Below, piece after piece: positions 19,256 through 28,381 of a DNA stretch of 64,000 nucleotides (the stretch's first letter is position 1; each line of letters opens with the position of its first letter). The position numbers and the translations under genes are program-made. The notes below the pieces were generated by a model. It was not told where the DNA came from. It saw nothing but the letters and a program-made list of their open reading frames with translations, and did not search any database. Origin of the DNA: Bacteroides sp. UBA1317 (GTDB lineage: Bacteria > Bacteroidota > Bacteroidia > Bacteroidales > Bacteroidaceae); contig DBTL01000091.1 in assembly GCA_002307035.1 (NCBI GenBank), positions 11,175 to 75,174 of the forward strand. The letters run 5' to 3'.

Positions 19256-19774
19256 ATGAAAGCAACAATGTTTATCACTAAAGTGATTGTATTAGTAACC
19301 CTGTTTTTAAGTGTATGCGGACTGGCGTCAGCAGCCAAAAGCAACGATGGTGAAAGAAGTTTTATCAACAACGATGTATTAAAAGACGGAAAAGTAGTAT
19401 CTCGTGAAGTGTATGTACTTGAAAAAGGATCATCAACTCTATCCCCGGTTAAGAAGTTTGAATATGCTTACGACGAAACTCAACAGTTAAAAGAAAAAAC
19501 AACGCACGTATGGAATCCTTCAGCTGCAAAATGGATGAAAGAGTCATTGCTTAGCATCAGCCGCACCGGAACGGAAACGATTGTAGAATACGCCCTATGG
19601 GTATCCAATAAAAAAGAATTTGCTCCTTCCGAAAAGTTTGTATATGTAACCAATGCTGAAGACAACATGATTACCCAATACAGTTACAAGATGAACAAAC
19701 GTACCAAAGAATGGGAATTACAAAAGAATGCCAAAGTTCCTGCTATAGACAATATTTTTGCTAAAGCAGAATAA
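19256..19774 (+). CDS. Secreted protein, DUF3836-like
   Basis: Signal peptide; repeated Y-x-Y...W motifs (KFEYAYDE..WN..KW; YSYKMN..EW). Confidence 0.7.
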   Translation: MKATMFITKVIVLVTLFLSVCGLASAAKSNDGERSFINNDVLKDGKVVSREVYVLEKGSSTLSPVKKFEYAYDETQQLKEKTTHVWNPSAAKWMKESLLSISRTGTETIVEYALWVSNKKEFAPSEKFVYVTNAEDNMITQYSYKMNKRTKEWELQKNAKVPAIDNIFAKAE

Positions 19775-19860
19775 ATTCCGCCAATCAGAGACGTTATTTA
19801 AAAGGTTAATATAGATCAAGAGTCTGTTCAGTGGTGTGATACCAGTAATTGAGTCAGACA

Positions 19861-19895
19861 GAAGGCAGCCAAAATGAGGTTGCCTTTCTTCTTTT
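19861..19895 (+). terminator. Intrinsic terminator
   Basis: GAAGGCAGCC-aaaatga-GGTTGCCTTT followed by CTTCTTTT. Confidence 0.65.
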
Positions 19896-20155
19896 AAACG
19901 TCCGAACTTAGAAAGAATAATGAAACAGTAAATCTTCTGAATATGCACATTTAAGAGTTTAAATTAAGATCTTTTTCATCACATTCTCTTTTTAAGTTAA
20001 CAATATTTGTACATAACATGCTATCTAGCGGTAAAAATAGCATATTATCAATACAACGCAAACAGATATTAACTTAATCTAACTAATAATTGGATAGTCG
20101 TAATTTGATATATGAAAAAAAAACATATATTTGTGGCATAAATCAATCAAACTAT

Positions 20156-21016
20156 ATGTTAGTTTCAATCATTGTATTAAACTATAATACGCCTGATATT
20201 ACTGTAGAGTGCTTAGGTAGTATCATTCAAAATTTAGATCCGACAATATACCAACTAATAGTTGTAGATAATTGCAGTTCTTCTGAAAATTTAGAAAGGT
20301 TAAAAACAAAACTTTCAACATTCACAAATGTTCAGCTGATAGTTTCAGACTTTAACAGAGGATACGGTGGAGGAAACATGTTAGGTGCTTTTCATTCAAA
20401 GGGCGATTTCATATGCTTCGTTAATAGTGACGTGAAATTGATAGAAGACTGCATTGTCCCTGCTTGCTCTTATTTGCAAGTACATTCTTCTGTAGGCTGT
20501 GTAAGCCCTCAACAGCTAAATGTCCATCATAAGAAAGAACCATCTTTTGATCATGGACCAGGTATAATAAAAGAACTTTTTGGAAAAAATATCTTAGAGC
20601 AATTGAATCCTCAAAAATACCCCAGACGAAAGTATAATCTGCATAAGGAACCTTTAGAGGTAGTTCATACTTCCGGCTCAATGATGATATTACCGACTAA
20701 TTTGTTTTTCAAAATTGGAGGCTTTGATCCGAATATTTTCTTATACTATGAAGAATATGACATTTCCACTCGATTAAAAAAAGAAGGTTATGCAAGTGTC
20801 TTCCTCCCAATGTTTTCCTATTTACACATTCATGGCGTTACAATTGAGTGTACGACCAGTAAATTAAAAGCAATGTCTGAATTATACAAATCAAAGCTTT
20901 ATGTCTATAAAAAGCATCATAATATAACTTTCTATTCACTCTATTTCATGCTAAATATCTTTAAATTAGTCGCTAAATCTAAGCTTCATTATATATTTCC
21001 TCAAAGACTTTATTAA
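20156..21016 (+). CDS. Glycosyltransferase family 2 (WbbL/rhamnosyltransferase-like)
   Basis: MLVSIIVLNYN, VVDNCS, NRGYGGGN, NSD, GGFDPNIFLYYEEYD. -7 box TATATTTG at 20126-20133 supports the 20156 start. Confidence 0.9.
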   Translation: MLVSIIVLNYNTPDITVECLGSIIQNLDPTIYQLIVVDNCSSSENLERLKTKLSTFTNVQLIVSDFNRGYGGGNMLGAFHSKGDFICFVNSDVKLIEDCIVPACSYLQVHSSVGCVSPQQLNVHHKKEPSFDHGPGIIKELFGKNILEQLNPQKYPRRKYNLHKEPLEVVHTSGSMMILPTNLFFKIGGFDPNIFLYYEEYDISTRLKKEGYASVFLPMFSYLHIHGVTIECTTSKLKAMSELYKSKLYVYKKHHNITFYSLYFMLNIFKLVAKSKLHYIFPQRLY

Positions 21017-21023
21017 ATAATAC

Positions 21024-21605
21024 CTACAGCTGCTTCAACTCCCGATAAAGCCGTTGTATTGGTAATCCCATGACATTAAAGTAACTGCCCGAAATGCTTT
21101 CTACTCCTATAAAACCGATCCATTCTTGCACACCGTATGAACCGGCCTTGTCAAGCGGACGAAAACGATGCACATAAAAATCTATTTCATCATTAGTTAA
21201 GGAAGCAAACCTGACTTCAGATATGGCAGAGAACGATTTTTGCCAATCGGGTGTAGTGAGACACACGCCGGTGATTACCTGATGCGTCTTCCCGGAAAGT
21301 TTGCGAAGCATTGCTGCCGCATCGGCTTCATCACAAGGTTTACCAAGCATCTCACCTTCCAACCACACGATGGTATCTGCTGTTATCACCAATGAATCGG
21401 CCAAGAGCATTTCCCTGTAAGCTTCCGCCTTCTTTCGGGCAATGTAGACCGGAATCTCCTCTCCTTTCAATTCGGCAGGAAAAGATTCATCCACATCGGG
21501 TAACGTTTTTACTTCGTAATCAATGCCAAGGCCGGTAAGCAACTCTTTTCTACGAGGAGAATTCGATGCCAGCAAAATGCGGTATTTATTTAAATTATCT
21601 AACAC
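21024..21605 (-). CDS. maf: Maf family nucleoside triphosphate pyrophosphatase
   Basis: LASNSPRRKELL, ITADTIV, LGKP, DKAGSYG, NVMGLP. Confidence 0.95.
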   Translation of the reverse strand: MLDNLNKYRILLASNSPRRKELLTGLGIDYEVKTLPDVDESFPAELKGEEIPVYIARKKAEAYREMLLADSLVITADTIVWLEGEMLGKPCDEADAAAMLRKLSGKTHQVITGVCLTTPDWQKSFSAISEVRFASLTNDEIDFYVHRFRPLDKAGSYGVQEWIGFIGVESISGSYFNVMGLPIQRLYRELKQL

Positions 21606-21638
21606 GATTCTATTCTTTATTTACAATTAAACATTCGG

Positions 21639-22160
21639 TTACCAGCCAAAAGCATCACCCGTCATCCATTTACCTTGCGCTTTTAGCACTTGCTCTATCA
21701 CATCACGGCCGCAACCATACCCTCCATCTTGGTGAGAAATATAGCGTGCCACCTGCTTTGCTTCCGGAGCAGCATCTCGAGGGCAACAAGGTAGTCCGCA
21801 CGCACGCATCACTTCTATATCGGGCACATCATCGCCCATATAAAGAATCTCTTCATCCCTCAATCCATGTTTGTCTCGAAAGTCGTGGTAATCGTGTATC
21901 TTAACGCATGATCCCATGTACACATCCGTAATACCTAGTCCGGCAAACCGTTTGCGCACCGCCTCTGTTCGGCCGCCGGTAATGATGGCAACATGAAATC
22001 CCTCTTTCACTGCCAGTTGCAACGCATAACCATCTTTCACGTTAACCGTGCGCATGGGTTCTCCGCTCGGGTGTAGCGACAATACATCTGAGCTCAGCAC
22101 GCCATCCACATCGAAGGCAAGAGCTTTTATCTTAGTTAAATCATAATTAATCGTACTCAT
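21639..22160 (-). CDS. kdsC: KdsC-family HAD phosphatase (KDO-8-phosphate phosphatase-like)
   Basis: [27 protein letters not shown]. Confidence 0.88.
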   Translation of the reverse strand: MSTINYDLTKIKALAFDVDGVLSSDVLSLHPSGEPMRTVNVKDGYALQLAVKEGFHVAIITGGRTEAVRKRFAGLGITDVYMGSCVKIHDYHDFRDKHGLRDEEILYMGDDVPDIEVMRACGLPCCPRDAAPEAKQVARYISHQDGGYGCGRDVIEQVLKAQGKWMTGDAFGW

Positions 22161-22223
22161 CTTTTATTTAATCATATTGTTAGCACATTGTTCAATATCC
22201 AAGGGAAAAAAGCCCTTCACCAA

Positions 22224-23021
22224 TCAATCCTTGTTTGCCAGCCGATGAATATCGTCGCTAAGCAGACGATAGATCTCCTGCATCTGCGGTTCATCGGCAA
22301 GCATGGCCAGATGACTATCAATCACATTCTGATCGCATCTCAAAGCCGGCCCCGTCTGTGCCTGCTTCGGTGGCAACGTGTGCACCTTGCGACATGTTTC
22401 GTCAATAAGCGGTAACACGGCATCAAACGAAAGGTGATATTTCTGCAATAACTCTGCAGCCAGAGCATACATGTGGTTAGTAAAGTTGCAAGCAAAGACA
22501 GCTGCCAAGTGTAGACTACGCCGTTGTTCGGAAGTTGAGTCATACACTTTCTTGGAGAGTATGGAAGCTATTTTTTTAAGAAGATCAGCATCTTCTACGG
22601 AAGAAGCTTCTATAAAGAAAGGTATTTGGCTAAAATCAGTCTCTTGCAATTTACTGAAAGTCTGCATCGGATAAAGAACACCATAACGGGAGGTAACGCC
22701 CTGCCAAACATCCATCGGAAGGCTTCCTGCAGTATGAACCAGCAAAGCCCCCTCCTTTTGAACGACAATTTGGGGCAGCAATTGCATAAAGGCTGAATCA
22801 GTGAGAGAAACAATATAAAGTTCAGCGTTCGTCACCACCGCATCCAGAGCAGTCGTAAATTCTGCCTCCACCGCGTCTGCCAAAGTGCGTGCCGACTCTT
22901 TCGAGCGACTATACACCTGAACAATACGAAACCCTTTCCGATAAAGTGCCTTTGCCAGATTTGTAGCCAAATTTCCGGCACCAATAAAGACTATCGGAGT
23001 ATCTTCTATGCTTCTTTTCAT
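22224..23021 (-). CDS. Rossmann-like and DUF2520 domain oxidoreductase
   Basis: IGAGNLA, HTAGS, LHLAAVFACNF, QTGPA. Confidence 0.88.
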   Translation of the reverse strand: MKRSIEDTPIVFIGAGNLATNLAKALYRKGFRIVQVYSRSKESARTLADAVEAEFTTALDAVVTNAELYIVSLTDSAFMQLLPQIVVQKEGALLVHTAGSLPMDVWQGVTSRYGVLYPMQTFSKLQETDFSQIPFFIEASSVEDADLLKKIASILSKKVYDSTSEQRRSLHLAAVFACNFTNHMYALAAELLQKYHLSFDAVLPLIDETCRKVHTLPPKQAQTGPALRCDQNVIDSHLAMLADEPQMQEIYRLLSDDIHRLANKD

Positions 23022-23557
23022 TCTTGTCCTCCAAACTTATTGATATGTATTTTCTCCCATTGCAAATGTTCTTCGTCAAAGGGTTTGCGCTCCATCCCTT
23101 TATGTCCGATGGCAATGATAGAGAGCACTTGCAACTGCAATGGAATATCGAGCACACCACGTACAAACTCATCCGAGGGCATGCCCGTAGCCGTATGGCG
23201 TTCGCGCACCTGTATCCAGCAACTACCCAAGCCTAAATCTTCTGCTTGGAGCTGAATTATAATAGAAGCAATCGACGCATCTTCTATCCAGACATCGTTA
23301 GCCAGAGGATCGGCCATGACCACAATAGCCAAAGCTGCATCTCCCAGAAAAGAAGATCCATACTCTTTGCAATGTGCCAATTGTTGAAGTTGCTCTTTAT
23401 CATCTACTGCAATAAACTGCCACGAATTACTCCTTTTTGAAGTGGGAGACATCAGTGCCGCTTTGAGTAGCGTAACCACCTGTTCCTGCGTCAGTTCTTC
23501 GTCGGTAAACTTGCGCATACTGCGACGATTCTTTATTAATTCGCTAAAATCTTCCAT
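23018..23557 (-). CDS. Nitroreductase family protein
   Basis: RRSMRKF, SPTS..SWQF, AEDLGLGSCW. Confidence 0.92.
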   Translation of the reverse strand: MEDFSELIKNRRSMRKFTDEELTQEQVVTLLKAALMSPTSKRSNSWQFIAVDDKEQLQQLAHCKEYGSSFLGDAALAIVVMADPLANDVWIEDASIASIIIQLQAEDLGLGSCWIQVRERHTATGMPSDEFVRGVLDIPLQLQVLSIIAIGHKGMERKPFDEEHLQWEKIHINKFGGQE

Positions 23558-23654
23558 ACCGTATTCTATTTCTTGTCGCTAATCTTTGCGCAAAGATACA
23601 AAAGTTAGTGCTAATAGCAACATTAATTGGTCGTATTCTACAGCCTTCATAAAT

Positions 23655-23818
23655 ACAATTTTATTTACAAACAAGAAGGTTTTCAGATACCATATAACTT
23701 CAGCGTGTTGAATGTCCGATATTAGCGTGTTGAAATCGGACATTCAACACGCTAATATCGGACATTCAACAAACCCCTCTCACAAAACCTGTAGCGATAG
23801 ATCAGCAATTCTTACATT
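23655..23818. repeat. Dispersed palindromic element B, copy 1 (homologous to 53615-53778)
   Basis: Ungapped match at offset 29960; perfect 29-bp inverted repeat 23706-23734 / 23743-23771. Confidence 0.9.
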
Positions 23819-23973
23819 TCGGGAAGAATAGCAGTCGCAAGATTACGCATAATGAACAAAATCGCTCACACTAAACGTTATAAAACCAGATAAATAATAG
23901 AAATTTATCAAGTATAAAAAGAATTGCGTATTTTTGTACCCTCATTTCATACAACCTTTAATAAAAGTAGAGA

Positions 23974-24162
23974 ATGAAAAATCGAATAACAAGAAACGAT
24001 TACATTAAAGCGAATCGTAAAGCCAGCCGAGAAGAAGAAATCGAGGCTCATGGACACCCCATCAGTTTTAAGCGGGTGCACCAATCAAAGAAAGTTTATA
24101 ACCGCAAAAAGACAAAGGCAGGCAATAAGGGTCTGCCTTATTTTTTTCCTCTAGCCGCATAA
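23974..24162 (+). CDS. 62-aa basic protein; candidate ArfA/BrfA-like alternative ribosome-rescue factor
   Basis: Own -7 box TATTTTTG (23929-23936) and A-rich initiation region; K/R-rich FKRVHQSKKVYNRKK; internal terminator before the stop; ends LAA. The CDS is well supported; the function is inferred. Confidence 0.7.
   Translation: MKNRITRNDYIKANRKASREEEIEAHGHPISFKRVHQSKKVYNRKKTKAGNKGLPYFFPLAA
24115..24147 (+). terminator. Intrinsic terminator inside the 62-aa ORF (would yield non-stop mRNA)
   Basis: AAGGCAGGC-aataagg-GTCTGCCTT-A-TTTTTTT; the U-tract ends at 24147 and the stop TAA is at 24160-24162. Confidence 0.75.
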
Positions 24163-24236
24163 ATTCACCTCAAAAGAAAGATTTTCGCCCCCCAAACTTC
24201 ACAGAAAACAAATAAATAGAATATATTTGTGGCGCA

Positions 24237-25220
24237 ATGCCATTAAGATTCACAACATATTATCGAGGAGAAGATATTCCGAACTTACCGGGGAACAATA
24301 TTTTTCATTCTAAGGAATTGTTTCTGATGTACGAAGCAACTCCCGGATATACACCTATATTAATAGTAGCATCTGAAAAAGACAAGCCTATCCTTAAACT
24401 ATTAGCCACTATCCGTAGAAGCACACACTTGTTTCCATTAAGTTTCATCAAGCGATGTGATGTGTATGGGATTGGAGAATACTTGGATGAACAGCTGGAT
24501 AAAGAAACTATTTTCGGCGAAATACTAGAACATCTCAACAATAACGTCCTACGTGAAGCTTTTCTCATCGAGTTTCGCAATCTCGAAAATCCATTGTTTG
24601 CTTACAAACATTTCCGTTCTAACCACTACTTTGCTGTTAATTGGATGAGAGTAAGAAACTCGCTCCATAGCCTGAAATACGTAGAAGAACGTTTCAGTTC
24701 TTCGCGTATCAGGCAAATAAAGAAAGGATTAAAAAATGGCGCAGAAGTGCATGAAGCCCGCTCGATGGAAGAAATACGGGCCTTTTCGCACATAATGCGC
24801 CGCATTTATTCCTCTCGCATCCGACGATACTTCCCCGGATTCGAATTCTTCAAATATATGGACACACGTATGATAGAATACCGGTTTGGGAAAATATTCG
24901 TAGTGAAGTACAAAGCAAAAATTATTGGGGGCGCTGTGTGTGTGTTCTCTGGAGAGAACGCTTACTTATGGTTTTCCGGCGGGATGTGCAAAACGTACGC
25001 CCCGCAATATCCCGGTGTTCTATCTGTATGGATGGCTTTGAAAGACGCTCACCAGAATGGATACCAACATTTGGAGTTCATCGATGTGGGACTACCATTC
25101 CGCAAACACGGATATCGTGATTTCGTTCTCCGATTCGGAGGAAAACAAAGTAGCACTCGCCGCTGGTTTCGTCTGCGCTGGAATTTCCTGAATAATATCT
25201 TAATCAAAATATACGTTTAA
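24237..25220 (+). CDS. GNAT/FemAB-like acyltransferase domain protein
   Basis: RIRQIKKGLKNGAEV, IIGGAV, YLWFSGG, GYRDFVLRFGG pattern. Confidence 0.75.
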   Translation: MPLRFTTYYRGEDIPNLPGNNIFHSKELFLMYEATPGYTPILIVASEKDKPILKLLATIRRSTHLFPLSFIKRCDVYGIGEYLDEQLDKETIFGEILEHLNNNVLREAFLIEFRNLENPLFAYKHFRSNHYFAVNWMRVRNSLHSLKYVEERFSSSRIRQIKKGLKNGAEVHEARSMEEIRAFSHIMRRIYSSRIRRYFPGFEFFKYMDTRMIEYRFGKIFVVKYKAKIIGGAVCVFSGENAYLWFSGGMCKTYAPQYPGVLSVWMALKDAHQNGYQHLEFIDVGLPFRKHGYRDFVLRFGGKQSSTRRWFRLRWNFLNNILIKIYV

Positions 25221-25360
25221 TGGCATTTCTGTGCCGAAAACAATCCTTAAAACTTCTCACTTAATTGCAGAAATATTTCTTTATTATGCAATAATTGCGT
25301 TTCTTTGTGCTGTTTTAGGCAGAAAAAACACATTTAAAGTTCAAATAAAAACTTATAGTT

Positions 25361-25765
25361 ATGAAGATTTCACACATTGAGCACTTAGGCATTGCTGTAA
25401 AAAGCATTGAAGAGGCTCTTCCTTATTACGAGAATGTATTAGGTTTGAAATGTTACAACATTGAAACCGTTGAAGACCAAAAAGTAAGAACTGCATTTCT
25501 GAAAGTGGGACAAACGAAAATCGAATTACTCGAACCAACCTGTCCCGAAAGTACCATCGCTAAATTTATTGAAAACAAAGGTGTAGGCGTTCATCACGTA
25601 GCATTTGCCGTTGAAGATGGTGTAGCCGAAGCTTTAGTCGAAGCCGAAAGCAAAGAGATTCGCCTGATAGACAAAGCTCCACGCAAAGGCGCGGAAGGAT
25701 TGAGCATCGCTTTTCTTCACCCAAAATCAACTCTTGGTGTATTGACCGAGCTTTGTGAACACTAA
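25361..25765 (+). CDS. mce: Methylmalonyl-CoA epimerase
   Basis: IEHLGIAV, IELLEP, GVHHVAF, FLHPKST.GVLTEL; first gene of the decarboxylase operon. Confidence 0.95.
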   Translation: MKISHIEHLGIAVKSIEEALPYYENVLGLKCYNIETVEDQKVRTAFLKVGQTKIELLEPTCPESTIAKFIENKGVGVHHVAFAVEDGVAEALVEAESKEIRLIDKAPRKGAEGLSIAFLHPKSTLGVLTELCEH

Positions 25766-25833
25766 TCTCTTCGCAAAACACGATAATCACACATTTATAT
25801 TAATCTTATTATTAACGCTTAAATATAAAATTC

Positions 25834-27387
25834 ATGAGTAACCAGCTTGAAAAAGTAAAAGAGCTTATTGAACTTCGCACTCAAGCTCGCTTAGGTGGTG
25901 GCGAAAAAGCTATAGAGAAACAACATGCAAAAGGTAAATATACTGCTCGTGAGCGTATAGCCCAATTGTTGGATGAAGGTAGTTTTGAAGAAATGGACAT
26001 GTTTGTGGAACACAGATGTACCAACTTCGGCCAAGATAAAAAACACTTCCTTGGAGACGGTGTAGTAACCGGATACGGGACCATCGAAGGCAGATTAGTA
26101 TATGTTTTTGCACAAGACTTCACCGTATTTGGCGGTTCTTTGTCTGAAACTATGGCCCAAAAGATTTGCAAGGTAATGGATATGGCCATGAAGATGGGCG
26201 CACCTTGTATCGGGATCAATGACTCAGGTGGTGCTCGTATTCAAGAAGGCATCAACGCACTAGCCGGATACGCTGAGATTTTTCAACGTAACATTATGGC
26301 TTCCGGTGTTATTCCTCAAATTTCAGGTATCTTTGGCCCTTGCGCTGGTGGTGCTGTTTACTCTCCTGCCTTGACCGACTTCACATTAATGACCGAAGGT
26401 ACATCTTATATGTTCCTTACCGGACCGAAAGTAGTGAAAACCGTAACCGGAGAAGATGTTTCTCAAGAAGATCTTGGCGGCGCAAGCGTGCACGCTTCTA
26501 AATCGGGTGTTACTCACTTCACTGCGAAGAATGGCGAAGAAGGTTTGGCTATCATACGCAAACTGCTAAGTTACATTCCACAAAACAATCTTGAAGAAGC
26601 TCCTATCATAAATTGCACAGACCCAATTGATCGTTTGGAAGACTCCTTGAACGAGATTGTGCCTGATAGCCCAAACAAACCATACGATATGTATGAAGTT
26701 ATCGGCGCTATTGTTGACAATGGTGAATTCCTTGAAATCCAGAAAGATTATGCTAAAAACATTATCATCGGTTTTTCACGTTTCAACGGACAATCAGTAG
26801 GTGTGGTTGCCAACCAACCTAAATTTCTGGCTGGTGTGCTTGATAGCAATGCCTCACGCAAAGCTGCACGTTTCGTACGCTTCTGCGATGCATTCAATAT
26901 TCCCTTAGTAACATTGGTAGACGTTCCGGGATTCCTGCCGGGTACAGGCCAAGAGTATAACGGTGTTATTTTGCATGGCGCTAAGTTACTTTACGCTTAT
27001 GGCGAAGCTACAGTACCTAAGGTAACAGTTACTCTACGTAAATCTTATGGTGGTTCTCACATCGTAATGAGCTGCAAGCAACTACGTGGCGATATGAACT
27101 ATGCATGGCCTACAGCTGAAATCGCTGTAATGGGTGGTGCAGGTGCCGTAGAAGTGTTATATGCTAAAGAAGCCAAAGAAGCAGCCGATCCGGCAGCATT
27201 CATGGCCGAAAAAGAAGCAGAATACACTAAACTGTTTGCTAATCCCTACAATGCAGCCAGATATGGTTATATTGATGACGTAATTGAACCGAGAAATACT
27301 CGTTTCCGCATTATCCGTGCATTACAACAACTGCAAACTAAAAAGTTAACTAACCCTGCCAAGAAGCATGGTAATATTCCATTATAA
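25834..27387 (+). CDS. mmdA: Methylmalonyl-CoA decarboxylase alpha / acyl-CoA carboxyltransferase
   Basis: [36 protein letters not shown]. Confidence 0.93.
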   Translation: MSNQLEKVKELIELRTQARLGGGEKAIEKQHAKGKYTARERIAQLLDEGSFEEMDMFVEHRCTNFGQDKKHFLGDGVVTGYGTIEGRLVYVFAQDFTVFGGSLSETMAQKICKVMDMAMKMGAPCIGINDSGGARIQEGINALAGYAEIFQRNIMASGVIPQISGIFGPCAGGAVYSPALTDFTLMTEGTSYMFLTGPKVVKTVTGEDVSQEDLGGASVHASKSGVTHFTAKNGEEGLAIIRKLLSYIPQNNLEEAPIINCTDPIDRLEDSLNEIVPDSPNKPYDMYEVIGAIVDNGEFLEIQKDYAKNIIIGFSRFNGQSVGVVANQPKFLAGVLDSNASRKAARFVRFCDAFNIPLVTLVDVPGFLPGTGQEYNGVILHGAKLLYAYGEATVPKVTVTLRKSYGGSHIVMSCKQLRGDMNYAWPTAEIAVMGGAGAVEVLYAKEAKEAADPAAFMAEKEAEYTKLFANPYNAARYGYIDDVIEPRNTRFRIIRALQQLQTKKLTNPAKKHGNIPL

Positions 27388-27407
27388 CTTTTAATACGAA
27401 CATTGTT

Positions 27408-28355
27408 ATGAATAAAAGAAAAATAGGAATACTTATCGTTTTGTTGGCAGCAGTATGCTTCAGTTCGTATGGGCAAGGAGCGAAAAGTCTGAAGATCAAC
27501 GAAATACTGGTAAACAACACCGATAACTACCAAGATGACTATGGTCAGCATAGCGCTTGGATAGAGATCTTTAATACATCGTTTGCCAGCGTTGATGCAG
27601 GAAGCTGTTACCTCACAAATGATAAGCGAGTTCTGGACCCCAACCTAAGTATAGAGGAACGGGTAAGCATGATGTACACTGTTCCAAAAAGTGATGTTCT
27701 TACGGAAATTGCTCCCAGACAACACTTACTTTTCTGGGCGGACAATAAACCAAACAGAGGAACTTTTCACTTGAACTTTGCACTTGATTCTGTTGCTTCC
27801 AATTGGATTGCGCTTTATGATGCAAATGGAAAAACATTAGTCGACTCTGTTACTATCCCGGCTAATATCCCAGTTAATTTCTCGTATGCTCGCGAAGCAG
27901 ATGGTGCCACTAAATGGGTATTGAAAGGTGGAGACGACAGCAACTATGTAACTCCAAGTACCAATAACCAAACTCAGGATAAACAAGAGAAAGTTGACGG
28001 TTTTCGCAAGCACGATGGTTTAGGTATCGCAATGTCAGTAATTGCAATGACAATTGTATTTTGCGGACTTATACTATTATACCTTTCATTCCGTATAATC
28101 GGTAATATAAGCCTCAAACTGGCTAAGAGAAATGCAATGAAAGCACACGGTATTACGGACAAAAAAGAAGCAAAAGAGAAAGCTATCGGAGCTGAATCAG
28201 GAGAAGTCTTTGCAGTCATTGCCTTAGCATTGCATGAATATCAAGACAACGTCCATGATATAGAAGATACGATTCTTACTATCAACAAGGTAAAGCGTAA
28301 CTACTCACCGTGGAATTCAAAGATATACACTTTGCGCCAGACACCCCGAAAATAA
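27408..28355 (+). CDS. OadG/delta-type decarboxylase subunit with N-terminal lamin-tail-like domain
   Basis: Signal peptide, INE...WIEIFN (LTD-like), single TM helix, C-terminal YSPWNSKIY; operon position. Confidence 0.8.
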   Translation: MNKRKIGILIVLLAAVCFSSYGQGAKSLKINEILVNNTDNYQDDYGQHSAWIEIFNTSFASVDAGSCYLTNDKRVLDPNLSIEERVSMMYTVPKSDVLTEIAPRQHLLFWADNKPNRGTFHLNFALDSVASNWIALYDANGKTLVDSVTIPANIPVNFSYAREADGATKWVLKGGDDSNYVTPSTNNQTQDKQEKVDGFRKHDGLGIAMSVIAMTIVFCGLILLYLSFRIIGNISLKLAKRNAMKAHGITDKKEAKEKAIGAESGEVFAVIALALHEYQDNVHDIEDTILTINKVKRNYSPWNSKIYTLRQTPRK

Positions 28356-28381
28356 GTCAAAATCCTAAATGAATAATCAAG

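Noticed and set aside
23701-23771. CRISPR array from the repeated 22-bp units (also 53661-53731 and 15271-15380)
   Set aside because: Units are adjacent or inverted, with no unique spacers and no cas genes in the window.
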